Positions 1-11,125 of a stretch of 64,000 nt of DNA are shown in pieces. This DNA is from a virus: the IMG/VR virus record IMGVR_UViG_3300020079_000009; one strand, written 5' to 3'. The notes beneath the pieces are model-generated. The model ran no database searches. It was not told the DNA's origin and worked only from the letters and a program-made list of their open reading frames with translations. The translations under genes were made by a program, and so were the position numbers. How positions within the stretch are numbered: the first letter of the stretch is position 1; each line of letters starts with the position of its first letter.

Positions 1-2875
1 GAACTTCTTCAAGATTCTCAGATAATTCTTCTGCTGTCTTAGCAGTTTTAGCTAACTGTGCTTCTGGACTGTTTTGTTCTGCTGCAATTGCTAATCCAAC
101 AAACAAAGCAATCAAAGCAGTAACAGCGGCAATAATCCAACCAATTGGACCCATTGCTGCAGTCATGCCAGCACCCATCATTGTACCACCAGTCATACCA
201 GCAGCACCAGCTCCCATAAACGCCGGAGCTAAAGCGGTAACAGTAGAAACAACCATTGGGATAGCCATTGCTACAGTTCCCATAATAGATAAGAATTTTT
301 CCCATCCAGTCATTTCTGGGTCTTTAATAGTATCAATAGCTCCTTTGAGCATATTAAATACCATAATGGTGGTAGTAACTGTCTGCGCCGCTGCAGTGAT
401 TTTTTGACCTAAAGTCATTACTTTTCCCTGAGCTCCATCAACATAATCGCCCATAGTCTTAACACTTTGACCAAGGGTAGTCATACCAACAGAAGCTTGA
501 CCTGCTTTCAAACCTGCATCGCGAGCAGTTTCTCCAAGATTTTGTAAATCTTGAGATTGTTTTCCGCCAGCTTTTAAACCTGCTGATTTTATAATATCTT
601 CAGCACCATTTTCTTGCATATCCATAGAAAGATCGGCAACCATTTGGTCTGCTTGTTGTGCCATTCTGGTTAAATCATCTACATCTTGCTGACTTATAAT
701 ATCTTTTCCTGCAATTTCAGTAAGTTTTCTATGTAAAGTTTCAACAGACTTAGAAGTTTTTTCTACATTACTATTACCCTTAAAAATAGGATTACTTGAA
801 ATGGTTCCTAATGTAGTTTGTAAATTTTTTGCATTTTCAAGCAATCCATCAAGTCCAGAGCCTTTTGTTTTTCCTGTAGAAAGAGATTTCGTTGCGTTTG
901 AAATAGCCCCACTAATACTTTCAGCTTTACCAACATCTTGCATACCCTCTTTATAAGAGGTTACTTTTTTGCTATTGGTTTTACCATTTAAAGTTTTATG
1001 TTTTAATTTCAAAGAACGCTCTTGATTATCTGCTTCTCGAGCAGCTTCATCAGCTAATTTTCCCTGAAGAATAACTTGTTCACCAAGTGCTTTATTACCA
1101 TCCATGAGGATTTGTAAAGTACTTTTTTCAGCTTCGCTTAAACGATTAGCATTATTAAGCATTAAAGTCTGAGCTTGTTGGCGAGCATTATAAGCCTCAT
1201 TCATGGCCATACCTTCGTTGGTATCAGAATCAGAACCCATATTGGCAGTTAATCCAACAGCCTTTTTCTTCATAGCAATTGCACTCGCAGACTCTCCACC
1301 TGCAGTACGACGAATAGCCATTCCAATATTATCAATCTTTGAAGCAATTTCATTACTAAAAGATTTAATCAATAAAGTACCAACTACTGATAAAACACCC
1401 TTTAATCCACCAAGAGCATCAATAAAATGGTCTACATATTCAAGAATTTCTTTAAAACCATCTAAAAGAGTAATAAAAAATTCATCATCAATTAACTCTG
1501 AATAAATAGTTTGAGCTGCTGCTTGGACTCTTTTATGAGCGGCTTCCCAAGATTCTTCATAAATCTTCTGCTGTTCATCAAGAGCGCCATCTGCATTAGC
1601 CGCAGTATTTAAATTTTGTTTATAAAAATCCCAGTTATTCATTAATGCCATCAATTGAGTATATTGACGGACACCAGCAACTGTTTGCGCCAAAGCAGTC
1701 TGTTGGTCTCTATTTAATGTCTGCCATTTAGTACCCATTTCCTCTAACAGAGCATCCATAGTTTTTAATTCGCCACTTTGGTCTTTAATATTAATGCCAA
1801 CTCTACTTAAAGCTTCAGAATATTTATTTAAAGTTGTGCCATCCTCTAAAGTTTCTCCAAGATTTAAGCCTTGGATACGTGCAAAAATGGTTTTAAATGC
1901 AGTACCAACAACATCTGCACTTTGACGAGTTGTTGCTGTAACAGTGGCCAGTGCAGCTGCTGCATTATTAAAACTTAATCCAACAGTATCTCCAATAGCA
2001 GCAAATTTCTCTAAACCTGCAGAAATTTCATCTGAACTTGATGCAGTTTCTGCACCTAATTTTACAAGAACATCAGCAAAATGTTCAAGATTTTCAGACC
2101 CTTTAGCAAAGTTATTCCAAATAGCTGTTAATTGGTCGGAAGCTGTCTCTGCACTAATTTTAGCAACATTTGCAAGTTTAATTGTAATATCAGCACGGTC
2201 TTTTACTGCTTGACCATCCAAACCCTGTTGATAGTAAATTAAAGAAGCATTAGTATAATTAGTGGTTGTAGTACTTAAAGCCTTAGCTGCTTTATTTGCT
2301 TCTTCTGCAAATTTTGCCATTTGGTCAATATTTTGACCCGTAACAATACGGATATTATTTAATGACTCATTTAAATCTTTTGCATAACCAAAAGCACCTT
2401 GAACCGCTCCCATAAAACCATGCAACATGCTGGATGATAATTGCCAACGAGCAGTATTCATCAAGGTTGTTTTCATTTCTGTTAACAACCTGTTGGAACG
2501 CTTTAAAACAACGTCCGCATTGTATATGGAATCAGCCAAAGAAGCAAATGCTTTTGCTCCATCAGGACCAAGAGCTACCAGCTGATTTCTATATTCCTCT
2601 AAAGACATTTTACTCTTATTCATTTGAGCTTGGAATTTAGATAAATCTAACTTACCAGTATTTACATCTATAGCCGCCTGTAAATTAGTCTTTAAAGTTG
2701 CTGCGGCAGTTGTAGCTTGTTGAAGCTCTCTGGTTAAAATAAAATCAGTTCTTTTTCCACCTAAACCGCCACCACTAATCAACTTATCAAGCTGATTTTG
2801 TAAATCTTGTAATTGCGCCTTTGCTTTACCAGTATCAGCAGTAAACGCAAGACTTACATTTAATTGTTTAGCCAT
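1..2875 (-). CDS. tail tape measure protein (partial; ATG at 2875, ORF open to window start)
   Basis: Manual translation of the minus strand from ATG 2875 (MAKQLNVSLAFTADTGKAKAQLQDLQNQLDKLISGGGLGGKRTDF...) shows no stop through at least position ~2160, and the six-frame track has no fully contained ORF here, so the frame stays open to position 1. Ala/Gln/Lys/Asn-rich helical composition. Position after the tail genes is typical for a TMP. Preceded by an rho-independent terminator/RBS region at 2880-2960. Confidence 0.55.
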   Translation of the reverse strand, partial: MAKQLNVSLAFTADTGKAKAQLQDLQNQLDKLISGGGLGGKRTDFILTRELQQATTAAATLKTNLQAAIDVNTGKLDLSKFQAQMNKSKMSLEEYRNQLVALGPDGAKAFASLADSIYNADVVLKRSNRLLTEMKTTLMNTARWQLSSSMLHGFMGAVQGAFGYAKDLNESLNNIRIVTGQNIDQMAKFAEEANKAAKALSTTTTNYTNASLIYYQQGLDGQAVKDRADITIKLANVAKISAETASDQLTAIWNNFAKGSENLEHFADVLVKLGAETASSSDEISAGLEKFAAIGDTVGLSFNNAAAALATVTATTRQSADVVGTAFKTIFARIQGLNLGETLEDGTTLNKYSEALSRVGINIKDQSGELKTMDALLEEMGTKWQTLNRDQQTALAQTVAGVRQYTQLMALMNNWDFYKQNLNTAANADGALDEQQKIYEESWEAAHKRVQAAAQTIYSELIDDEFFITLLDGFKEILEYVDHFIDALGGLKGVLSVVGTLLIKSFSNEIASKIDNIGMAIRRTAGGESASAIAMKKKAVGLTANMGSDSDTNEGMAMNEAYNARQQAQTLMLNNANRLSEAEKSTLQILMDGNKALGEQVILQGKLADEAAREADNQERSLKLKHKTLNGKTNSKKVTSYKEGMQDVGKAESISGAISNATKSLSTGKTKGSGLDGLLENAKNLQTTLGTISSNPIFKGNSNVEKTSKSVETLHRKLTEIAGKDIISQQDVDDLTRMAQQADQMVADLSMDMQENGAEDIIKSAGLKAGGKQSQDLQNLGETARDAGLKAGQASVGMTTLGQSVKTMGDYVDGAQGKVMTLGQKITAAAQTVTTTIMVFNMLKGAIDTIKDPEMTGWEKFLSIMGTVAMAIPMVVSTVTALAPAFMGAGAAGMTGGTMMGAGMTAAMGPIGWIIAAVTALIALFVGLAIAAEQNSPEAQLAKTAKTAEELSENLEEV

Positions 2876-3001
2876 GTCTTTATTTGCTCCTTTCTCTCCT
2901 TATTTTTTTTATTTGCAAATAAAAAAAATGGTGGTGGAGTATTAGGAAATATACTCCACCACCATTACTCCTATTTATCTTTAAAACTCATAATAATAGG
3001 A

Positions 3002-3586
3002 TTAGCCTAATTTGGTTAAAACATCCTTTAATAAGGTCATATTATCAGGGTCTGCTAAATTCTTTTGAATTTCAGAAGCTTCCAAACTCAAATTAGAATA
3101 ATCTGCAGAAACTCTTTCCAAGATACCCATAATAGAATTATGATATGTATAAATACTTTGCACAGTATCCATCAAAGTATTCTTTAAATAATCATATTCT
3201 CCTTTAGGAAGTCTTTCAATCACTTCTTGATATAAACCAGAAGATACGATTGTATCGTATAATTTACAAACGTCTTTCTTTTGAGTGTCTGTAAAATTAA
3301 TATTTGTATAATGATACATTATCTCCAAAGTTAAGAAAATTTCAAGCTTGCCAACATTATAAAAATTCATATCATCAGTACTATTATTAATAACAGAACT
3401 AATTAACTCTAATTTTTCATTAACTGGAAGATACTGTTTAACTTCAATTTCCATATCTTTAAAAGCAAAATTGCAAGTTTCAGTATTTACTTTTAAAGCC
3501 ATTTTATTAAAACTAACTTTCGCCATAATATAGCCTCCCTTAACTCTCTTTATAAATATTATACCAGAAAATTTTTCTTTTGTCAA
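3002..3586 (-). CDS. hypothetical tail-module protein (possible tail assembly chaperone; alternative start at 3526)
   Basis: 194-aa ORF immediately upstream of the tape-measure gene. Confidence 0.3.
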   Translation of the reverse strand: MTKEKFSGIIFIKRVKGGYIMAKVSFNKMALKVNTETCNFAFKDMEIEVKQYLPVNEKLELISSVINNSTDDMNFYNVGKLEIFLTLEIMYHYTNINFTDTQKKDVCKLYDTIVSSGLYQEVIERLPKGEYDYLKNTLMDTVQSIYTYHNSIMGILERVSADYSNLSLEASEIQKNLADPDNMTLLKDVLTKLG

Positions 3587-3588
3587 GT

Positions 3589-4869
3589 TTAATATCCTGA
3601 TATCGTAACTGGGCGCGACTTTGTAACAATATCGCCCTGTTTTTCCATTTGGATTCTACCTTTAAATGAGAAAAAATATTTGCCACTTCCCGCTTTTTCA
3701 TATAATTCAATAATACGAGTCACAAAAGGCATAAAACCATTTGGAGTTAAAACATATTGATTCCCCAATTGAGACAAATGTAATACTTTACTTAATTGAG
3801 TTGCCAAGCAATAATTTGCCATTGCAGTGTACTCTTGGGTTTGTTTTTTAATATTTTTTTCTGCAGCGTCCCAGGACCTATAAAGTCCTTGTACACCATT
3901 TAAAAAATCAATATATCGACTTACTCTGGAATCTCCTGCACTTTGAGCTTCTCCGATAGAAACATGAGTGTTCTTTGAGCTGACATTCCAAGGGAGCTGA
4001 TTATAACCAGACTTTGCCTGGATGCCCATGACACTAACTTCTGTTAAAATGTCTTCTGCTTCACTACTAATAGATATTTGTTTATGCCCGCTATATTTTT
4101 CAATCATGTGGAGAAAATCTTTAATTGGCATGGAATAAGGTTTCCCATCTAATGTAAAATCAATTTCCACATCTGATTTAATATTCACTTTATCCATGTC
4201 CATAACTAAAATATCTTGAATCATCTGGCCACCACGACCTCTAATTGCGCCAGTAGAATAGGCTCTGGTATTTACTCTCATATTAGTTGGCATTCTTTTA
4301 TTTAACCATTCTACACCAACTTCTTCTAAAATATCGCCTTTAAGATGGTACAAAGTTCTTAATACAGTATCCAAATTTCCTTGTGGCAATTGCTTGATAA
4401 GAGCATCTAATTGGTCAATATACGTACTACTAATAGTCATATTAGCTTGTTTGCGCAATTTATTTAATTCTTTACCAAGTCCTTGAAGTTGAGTTACAAT
4501 TTTTGCTGCTAATTGTTCATTTTGAGCAATATTACCACGAGATTCTTGACTCATTACACCAGACCCAATTAAAATATTAACTCGCTGAAAAAGTTCGTTA
4601 ACACTATTATAAACAATTTGGTCATAAGGTTCCGAACTGGTACTAAGATTTCCATTATACATTAAAAACCAATTTAATTGTCTGGTTTTACTTTCTTCTT
4701 TAATAGCAGAAGCTTGGAAATCCATCAACTTCTTTAATTGATAATCATGTATTGCATTTGCATCTGGGATATCACTAAAACGATTTAAATAGGAATATTC
4801 TCCAAAAAATTCAGTCTGTTTTTTTAAGATTGGAGCATTTGCATACATAATATTTCTAAATAAAGACAT
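3589..4869 (-). CDS. hypothetical tail-module protein (426 aa)
   Basis: ORF tightly packed (3-nt gap) with the downstream gene, in the tail block. No recognisable motif. Confidence 0.35.
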   Translation of the reverse strand: MSLFRNIMYANAPILKKQTEFFGEYSYLNRFSDIPDANAIHDYQLKKLMDFQASAIKEESKTRQLNWFLMYNGNLSTSSEPYDQIVYNSVNELFQRVNILIGSGVMSQESRGNIAQNEQLAAKIVTQLQGLGKELNKLRKQANMTISSTYIDQLDALIKQLPQGNLDTVLRTLYHLKGDILEEVGVEWLNKRMPTNMRVNTRAYSTGAIRGRGGQMIQDILVMDMDKVNIKSDVEIDFTLDGKPYSMPIKDFLHMIEKYSGHKQISISSEAEDILTEVSVMGIQAKSGYNQLPWNVSSKNTHVSIGEAQSAGDSRVSRYIDFLNGVQGLYRSWDAAEKNIKKQTQEYTAMANYCLATQLSKVLHLSQLGNQYVLTPNGFMPFVTRIIELYEKAGSGKYFFSFKGRIQMEKQGDIVTKSRPVTISGY

Positions 4870-4944
4870 TACACTCCTCCTTTTTCACAAATAACAAAAA
4901 GGGAGAGGTATTTCTACCTCTCCCTAAAAATTCTTATGTATCAA

Positions 4945-5904
4945 TTAGCCGTTAATAGCGGCAAACTGAGTCTCAAGACGATGGTCATCAGAAACCTCTC
5001 CGAGGTCACGGATTACCTGGATAGCAGCAAGAACTTTCTTGGAACGGTCGAATCTGGTATAATCAGGGAACGCATCCATAGTGAAAGTAAATGTACTTGG
5101 GTCTCCGCTTGAAGCCATAGTGAATGTGAAGTTAGACTGAATCTTGCAGTTAGGAATGATAAATTCTGCAGGCATGTCAACACCGCTCTGGTCACGGAAC
5201 AATGTAGCAGCTTCGAGGTAGTAGTTACCACCGAACTTATCAGCTGTAATTTCAATCTGCTGTGCGCCACCGGTACGAGCTACATAGTAGTCAACCAATA
5301 CGCTATCGAACTGGTTCTTGTTAGGAACAGTACCTAAAGTATAAGCATGGTCACCAGCCTCGCCGTGAAGGTCATCCACAGTCTGAACAGTCAACTGCTT
5401 AACATTGTTGGTATTGCCATCATGAACAGGAATGTAAGGCTCAGAGATGATTTCGCCATCTTTCATGAACATTACATATGCAAAGTTATCAGCATTGTCT
5501 GCTGGTAAGTAAGGAATCTCAGACAACTTAACAACAATATTGCCACCATCTTCTGCCAAAGTAACATCCTTAGCATCGATAGTCTCAGTCATATGCTGAT
5601 AAATAGGCTTATCAGTAGAAGCTTCAACCAATCCGGCACCAGAAAGAATCATAAAGCCTTCTGGAGAAATTAAAGCGTCTTCCATAGTGAAAGTAACAGT
5701 TCTTTCACCTTCCCATGCTACCAAACGGGAGTTACCACGACCACCCTGTGCATAAACAGTTGTTGCTGCACCTTCCATGCTTGAAGTCTTAAGGGTATCG
5801 AAATAAATTACAGGTTCGTTAGCATAGAACATTTTATTACCAATCTTCTGCGCTGCTTTAGCCTTTAAAACAACGTCGCAAATCTCACGAACACCAAATT
5901 TCAT
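4945..5904 (-). CDS. probable major tail (tube) protein
   Basis: 319-aa ORF with a C-rich third-position 'highly expressed' codon bias like the capsid gene. Located between head-completion genes and the chaperone/TMP region. Strong RBS (GGAGG) upstream. Confidence 0.45.
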   Translation of the reverse strand: MKFGVREICDVVLKAKAAQKIGNKMFYANEPVIYFDTLKTSSMEGAATTVYAQGGRGNSRLVAWEGERTVTFTMEDALISPEGFMILSGAGLVEASTDKPIYQHMTETIDAKDVTLAEDGGNIVVKLSEIPYLPADNADNFAYVMFMKDGEIISEPYIPVHDGNTNNVKQLTVQTVDDLHGEAGDHAYTLGTVPNKNQFDSVLVDYYVARTGGAQQIEITADKFGGNYYLEAATLFRDQSGVDMPAEFIIPNCKIQSNFTFTMASSGDPSTFTFTMDAFPDYTRFDRSKKVLAAIQVIRDLGEVSDDHRLETQFAAING

Positions 5905-5927
5905 AGTGCATATTCCTCCTTATTTAT

Positions 5928-6653
5928 TTAATGGATATTTTTCATCCAATCTTCAGGTTGGGAATCTGGCTTACCACCCGCAAGACGAGTGCGGATGTTG
6001 ATATCCCAATTGATATATAGCATATATCTTTCTAATAAATCATACAACTGGAACATTGTACAATTCGTTAAATCTTGCAATGACATGGAGTTTAAACCAA
6101 TAGTCAAAACTGAAAGATATCTACTAAACGAGCTTTGATTGCCACCATCTTTTTGTGCGGCAACCCTTTGACGACCTCTCATAAGCTTTTGCGCTATCTC
6201 TCGAGCCTTATCATTTGCCGGATTGAATGCTTGCTGGTCCATAGGGCCAGTGTTGGCGCAAAAGACCATTCTCAAAACATTTTGAAGTGCTTCAAAATTG
6301 GAATCGTCTACCATTTGAGAGCCGCCTTCGCTTTGAAAAAGTATGGAACGTGGAGTCATTAGAACTTTATATTTAGGAAAAAGTAAAGTTAACAACTGTT
6401 GAACGCAGACTTTTTTATCTGCCGTACTTTTATCCATCATCATCGTCATAAATATTTGAAAATTATTTATATCAGATAGAGCATCTTTGTCCTCTACGAA
6501 CATACTCTTATGTAAGCATAAGCATTGGACCCCAATGAAAAAATCATCTTCCCCCAAGAAGGAAATCTCTTTAATGGAGGGTTGGTGAAGAGTAAGTTGA
6601 CACTCTGGAATAGGAATATCAGAACCCGCCATTAAAGCAAGTCTTACATCCAT
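5928..6653 (-). CDS. hypothetical protein (tail completion / head-tail joining region)
   Basis: 241-aa ORF; start overlaps the stop of the upstream gene at 6653 (translational coupling). Confidence 0.3.
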   Translation of the reverse strand: MDVRLALMAGSDIPIPECQLTLHQPSIKEISFLGEDDFFIGVQCLCLHKSMFVEDKDALSDINNFQIFMTMMMDKSTADKKVCVQQLLTLLFPKYKVLMTPRSILFQSEGGSQMVDDSNFEALQNVLRMVFCANTGPMDQQAFNPANDKAREIAQKLMRGRQRVAAQKDGGNQSSFSRYLSVLTIGLNSMSLQDLTNCTMFQLYDLLERYMLYINWDINIRTRLAGGKPDSQPEDWMKNIH

Positions 6654-7252
6654 TACTCCTCAATAGCCTCGGCCGCAATTTCTTCTAACAGTTGTTTAAA
6701 GTGGATTTGGTCCTCTTCTACTGGAGTATAACTATTCTTATCCTCTTCACCATGAACTGCCTGATACATTAAACATAAACCAGCAAATTCATCTGTTAGA
6801 ATAATTTGATTAGCTCCTACAAACTGCAAAGTGCCGATTCCAGTAAGATGAGTTCCATCAAACAAAGAATCTAATTCAGCTGCAATACGATATGGACGCA
6901 ACTGGAAATCACGCATTGGCCACTGGTCAAAGTGACAAATAACATCAAATTCAATAATATTATCTCTGAATTCCGGATTAGAGTCATTTGGTGTAAAATT
7001 ATCAAAACTAATAATTACATAATTAAGACATTTTCCATCAACACTTAATTTCGGAACGATTTTAATGTTCTTACCAAATAAAGCTAACTTATCTTCCTCG
7101 CTTAAATTATCTCTTTTTAAAGCATCTGAAACTTCATAATGCAGAAGCTTCTGAAGGCGAGGGGACTTAAACATTTCTTTTACGATAATGCTAAGGTCTT
7201 TTTCAACAGATAAGAAACTTGATTTTGGGGCTTTATATCTTTCAACTTTCAT
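6653..7252 (-). CDS. hypothetical protein (head-tail joining region)
   Basis: 199-aa ORF in operon context. Confidence 0.3.
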   Translation of the reverse strand: MKVERYKAPKSSFLSVEKDLSIIVKEMFKSPRLQKLLHYEVSDALKRDNLSEEDKLALFGKNIKIVPKLSVDGKCLNYVIISFDNFTPNDSNPEFRDNIIEFDVICHFDQWPMRDFQLRPYRIAAELDSLFDGTHLTGIGTLQFVGANQIILTDEFAGLCLMYQAVHGEEDKNSYTPVEEDQIHFKQLLEEIAAEAIEE

Positions 7253-7279
7253 ATCTCTTAAACTCCTTTAACTCTCTAT

Positions 7280-8413
7280 TTAAAACAAAGACTGAACAAC
7301 AATCTTCTTTGTATAATAATTACCATAAGACAGCTCAAATTCACCACTATAAGAGCTATTCCACTTAACAAGACAAACACCTGTGCTATTTCTATCAACC
7401 TCAATGGTTACAGGATATTTAGAATCAACTTTCCAAAGGTTGCCATTATTAGGACCAATCCATCTATACTCATAAGCAATTCTTGGCTTAATAAATACGT
7501 CACCTTTAATCAATGTGTCAATGTGCTCAGGGTTTGGACTCTCCGGTACAACAACGAGGCCGCCCGCAATTCCTTTCTCTAAGTCATCTTCATCATCGTT
7601 GGCATAATACTCAACAGCTGTAATTTCTAAAATACCAGGAGTAGAAATCCAGTCTGTGGCTTCAACTCGCCAACAAATATTAGGCTCTTCTTCCATACTT
7701 CTTGATAAATAGAATTTAGAATATCTCTGAAAATATTTCAAAGATTCTGGTGTCTTAGGCATTAAAATATTCAGACTGTGGTTAGGTTCGTCTACACTAA
7801 TACCATGTTTCTGAATATAGTTAACTTTTGTTTCTACTGGACCTCGGATTGCGGCAAAGGTGTTGTGAACAACGCCATCGTCTAACCATTGAATACTCAA
7901 CGTACATTTTCTAATATCCCCTCTGAAATAGGCAAGTTCAGTAAGGTCTTGTAGATAAATTAACCAATGTGTTTGTGTTCCTTCCCACTCAAAAACGTCT
8001 CCACATCCGAAGCCCTCTTCGTATGGAATGGAAATAATTTTATCATCATAGTCTTGCTTTAATTTATTTGGGTTAATCAAAGCTCGAACTTTTCTTTTGC
8101 TTGCTGAATTCTCTACGAATCCATCTTCGCTTTCTTTTCCACTAACTTTTTTAACTGTTGCGGCTTGATATGAATACAGTAATGCTCTATCTAAAGAACG
8201 TCTTTTATCAAAGACCATTCTGTCATGTTGCGCATGACCACCATTGTATCTCAATAGTGTAGATTGATGTTGGAAGCCTTCAAGAGAAGTTTCCTCAGCC
8301 TTACCGTCTCCCTCAACGGGAATTGGTTTTTTGTCACCCAGGTTAAAAACGCCAAGGCGGCCAGCCATCAAATTTAAAGAAGTATTGCGTTTCTTATCGT
8401 CATAACTTGACAT
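7280..8413 (-). CDS. hypothetical structural protein (377 aa)
   Basis: ORF overlaps the upstream gene by 14 nt. Confidence 0.3.
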   Translation of the reverse strand: MSSYDDKKRNTSLNLMAGRLGVFNLGDKKPIPVEGDGKAEETSLEGFQHQSTLLRYNGGHAQHDRMVFDKRRSLDRALLYSYQAATVKKVSGKESEDGFVENSASKRKVRALINPNKLKQDYDDKIISIPYEEGFGCGDVFEWEGTQTHWLIYLQDLTELAYFRGDIRKCTLSIQWLDDGVVHNTFAAIRGPVETKVNYIQKHGISVDEPNHSLNILMPKTPESLKYFQRYSKFYLSRSMEEEPNICWRVEATDWISTPGILEITAVEYYANDDEDDLEKGIAGGLVVVPESPNPEHIDTLIKGDVFIKPRIAYEYRWIGPNNGNLWKVDSKYPVTIEVDRNSTGVCLVKWNSSYSGEFELSYGNYYTKKIVVQSLF

Positions 8414-8705
8414 GGCTTAACTCCTGCAAAATACTAATGCATTCAAAAATAGTTTTGCGGTATAGTTCAAAAGTGGTTTCTTGTACACGCAATCCTTCTA
8501 ATTTACTAAGCATTTGTAGAAAAATAGGACCAATGAAAATCTCATTAAGTCCTACTACTTCTAATATTACAGTATCCAATTGTTTTTGCCAATCCTCTTC
8601 ATGTTCACGCATCGGAATTAATTTCCATAATTGGTTGGTTAAACGTTGAACATTTTTAACTAAATCTTCCTGACTGAAATCAATATTATATTTATTTAAG
8701 AGCAC
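8400..8705 (-). CDS. hypothetical small protein (101 aa)
   Basis: ORF with overlapping start and stop, typical of phage head-tail connector gene strings. Confidence 0.25.
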   Translation of the reverse strand: MLLNKYNIDFSQEDLVKNVQRLTNQLWKLIPMREHEEDWQKQLDTVILEVVGLNEIFIGPIFLQMLSKLEGLRVQETTFELYRKTIFECISILQELSHVKL

Positions 8706-9288
8706 TTGTTTCCATTAACACAGACCAGTTCGAACTAATTCGACCATCTGCGTCGACCTTTCTACGCTTATATAAGCGTTGCATATGGAAAGAATCTCTA
8801 CGAGCTTCTTCCAATAAGTTTAACAACTTCGCCAAATGATTAGCCTGTGAAGTAAACTTAAAGTCTGAGCCACTGTATTTCATACGAGTGTTCTCAATGG
8901 ATGCTACTTGACGTTGAACCCAACCTTGTTTCATCAAGAGCGCAAGAATGTTGATTTCTTCGGAAGTTAATTCAGTGTTGAAATGGGATTTTTCAACAAT
9001 TACATCTGGAGTCTGAATACCAGCATCTTCTGGAAGTTCATTCCAAATAACACCAATAATGAAATCACCTGGCAATACTTCGTTCTCAGGGAGGACAACG
9101 GTTTCGATAGTGTAGTTTCCATCAAGCACAACTCGTGGAAACTCAAAGCCAGGAATCGCATCTAACAAAAGACTTTGCAAATCTTTCAAGGTGTCTTCTG
9201 GTGTCAGTTCCATGTACATATCATCAGTAATTTTTCCAAGAAAGCGATTATAGATAGCTGAGAATTGTGTCTGATTTGTTTCAGCCAT
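8692..9288 (-). CDS. hypothetical protein (head-tail connector candidate)
   Basis: 198-aa ORF with RBS. Confidence 0.3.
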   Translation of the reverse strand: MAETNQTQFSAIYNRFLGKITDDMYMELTPEDTLKDLQSLLLDAIPGFEFPRVVLDGNYTIETVVLPENEVLPGDFIIGVIWNELPEDAGIQTPDVIVEKSHFNTELTSEEINILALLMKQGWVQRQVASIENTRMKYSGSDFKFTSQANHLAKLLNLLEEARRDSFHMQRLYKRRKVDADGRISSNWSVLMETSALK

Positions 9289-9309
9289 ACTAAATCCTCC
9301 TATCTACAA

Positions 9310-9891
9310 TTACTCAGCAGACTTCTCCTCAACCTTAGGTGTTACCACATTGTACTTTGGAGTAGTTCTGCGACCTGCTGGAACCTCATCTTTCTTCACA
9401 CGACGCTCAGGAGCAGCCTGCTTTAAGATTGTTCCATCTTCGTCTTCTTTCTCAGCAGCAATGTTTTTCAAAGCGGCATCAACATCGAAGCCAGTCTTTT
9501 TCTTCAAAGCTACTCTCTTCTGCATATCATAAAGAGGAACGCTAATAGAAAGCTTCTTAATTAAATCGATAACACCAACTGGCGCAAAATCCAAACAATC
9601 AAGAAATTCATCAAGAGAACCTGTCTGAATCAATCTAACAACATCAGCTTCGCTCATGTTATATTCAGGCTCTACTTGAAGGCCTGCAATCTGTCTACCT
9701 TCTTCTTCAATAATCTGCAAGAAACCTGCAAGAATTTCTTTTCCACCTGGTTGGAAAGTCAAATGCTCAAGTTCTTCCTGAGTAATTTTCTTTGCTTCAC
9801 CTGGTGCAAAAGAACGACGAATGCCATCTTCAGGAATCATATAAGTTACCTGACCGGCACTTCTATTCTTAATAGTAATAGTCTTTTCCAT
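9310..9891 (-). CDS. hypothetical head-associated protein
   Basis: ORF 9310-9915; AAGGAG sits 9 nt upstream of the second ATG (MEKTITIK...), so 9891 is the likely start. Confidence 0.3.
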   Translation of the reverse strand: MEKTITIKNRSAGQVTYMIPEDGIRRSFAPGEAKKITQEELEHLTFQPGGKEILAGFLQIIEEEGRQIAGLQVEPEYNMSEADVVRLIQTGSLDEFLDCLDFAPVGVIDLIKKLSISVPLYDMQKRVALKKKTGFDVDAALKNIAAEKEDEDGTILKQAAPERRVKKDEVPAGRRTTPKYNVVTPKVEEKSAE

Positions 9892-9996
9892 AAAATTTAA
9901 TCTCCTTTTTCTCATAAAGTGAAAAAAGGGGGAAGTGGGGATTTCCCCATTTCCCCCTCTAATCTATTTCTATATTATATTAGGTTAAACCAAGAA

Positions 9997-11106
9997 TTAT
10001 TCACCCTTGTGATAAGCAGCAACTTCATTTACGAAGAAAGAGCTATCCCAAGTAGAACCCTTAATATTCATCTGACCCATCAAGCTTGTATCAGCATAAG
10101 CGCAGATGTTGTTAGCCAACATAGCAGTTACGCCAACCTTCTTGTATACCTGGATCTCACGGCTTCTATCAGCGTTAACATATTCATCAACGATTGTGCC
10201 GCCCTCGAATGCAATCTTAACAGGCTTGCTATCAGCACCAGCTGGGATGATGTAGCAGTAACCAGGATCGATTACCTTGCGAGTATTGGTCTCATCTTCA
10301 AGACCCTGAGGAAGGATAATAACCTTACGTCCCTTGTAAGTTGCAAGGTGACCAGTATCCCACAACTGTTGCTTCATAGCCTCAGTATATCTCCAACCCT
10401 CAGTAGGAACCATCTTAACTGCGAACTCGTAAGTACAGTAAATAGAAGGCTCACCATAAGCGGAAGCAATAACAAGGAGTCTATCGAATTCCTTCTCGTC
10501 GAAACCATTAGCAACTACAATATTTGCAGGTGGCAACTGGTTAACGGAAGCCTTAAGAGCATGACCAACCTCTTTGAATACGAGTTCGTCCATACCCTCC
10601 ATGATAATAGCAGTAACTTCAGCGAAGTCTACACGACCATCAAGGAACTCCTCAAATCCAATCTGAGCTGCTCCACCGATAGCAGATGTACGAACTTCGA
10701 AGCTCTCGTCTTCGGACTTACCAAGCTTGAATACTTCGTAAATACCAGTAAGACCAACACGAGTTACGAACTGCTTAGCACGCTGACGTGCATCTCTCTT
10801 GCGCTTGAACATAGGCTTGTCGCCCTGTGCAAAGGTCTTGGTTTCAGCAAACTGCATATAAGCCTGCTCAACCTTCTTAGGAAGGACTTCATCCAAAGTC
10901 TCTTCGATAATAGAGAAGATTAAATTCTTGTTCTCTCTATAAAGTGAATATGTACCAGCATATTCATTAAGCTCCTGACGAAGGCATTCGTTCAGGGCAT
11001 CATAGCTGAAATTCTCGCCATTAAAGCTGTAAGAAACAGGAGCGGAAGGGTCAGCTTTTGCTACAGTTTTCATCAACTGTACTAAGTTATTTCTATCTAA
11101 AGCCAT
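9997..11106 (-). CDS. probable major capsid protein
   Basis: 369-aa ORF with markedly C-rich third codon positions (optimal-codon, highly expressed signature). Located downstream of the portal and morphogenesis genes. Strong RBS. Confidence 0.5.
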   Translation of the reverse strand: MALDRNNLVQLMKTVAKADPSAPVSYSFNGENFSYDALNECLRQELNEYAGTYSLYRENKNLIFSIIEETLDEVLPKKVEQAYMQFAETKTFAQGDKPMFKRKRDARQRAKQFVTRVGLTGIYEVFKLGKSEDESFEVRTSAIGGAAQIGFEEFLDGRVDFAEVTAIIMEGMDELVFKEVGHALKASVNQLPPANIVVANGFDEKEFDRLLVIASAYGEPSIYCTYEFAVKMVPTEGWRYTEAMKQQLWDTGHLATYKGRKVIILPQGLEDETNTRKVIDPGYCYIIPAGADSKPVKIAFEGGTIVDEYVNADRSREIQVYKKVGVTAMLANNICAYADTSLMGQMNIKGSTWDSSFFVNEVAAYHKGE

Positions 11107-11125
11107 TACTCAATACTCTCCTTTC

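Noticed and set aside
1-2880. No ORF for the tape-measure region appears in the six-frame track, which suggested stop-codon reassignment (alternative genetic code).
   Set aside because: Manual reverse-complement translation from ATG 2875 gives an uninterrupted standard-code reading frame for at least 700 nt (MAKQLNVSLAFTADTGKAKAQLQDLQNQLDKLISGGG...). The ORF is missing from the track because it runs off the window edge, not because of recoding.
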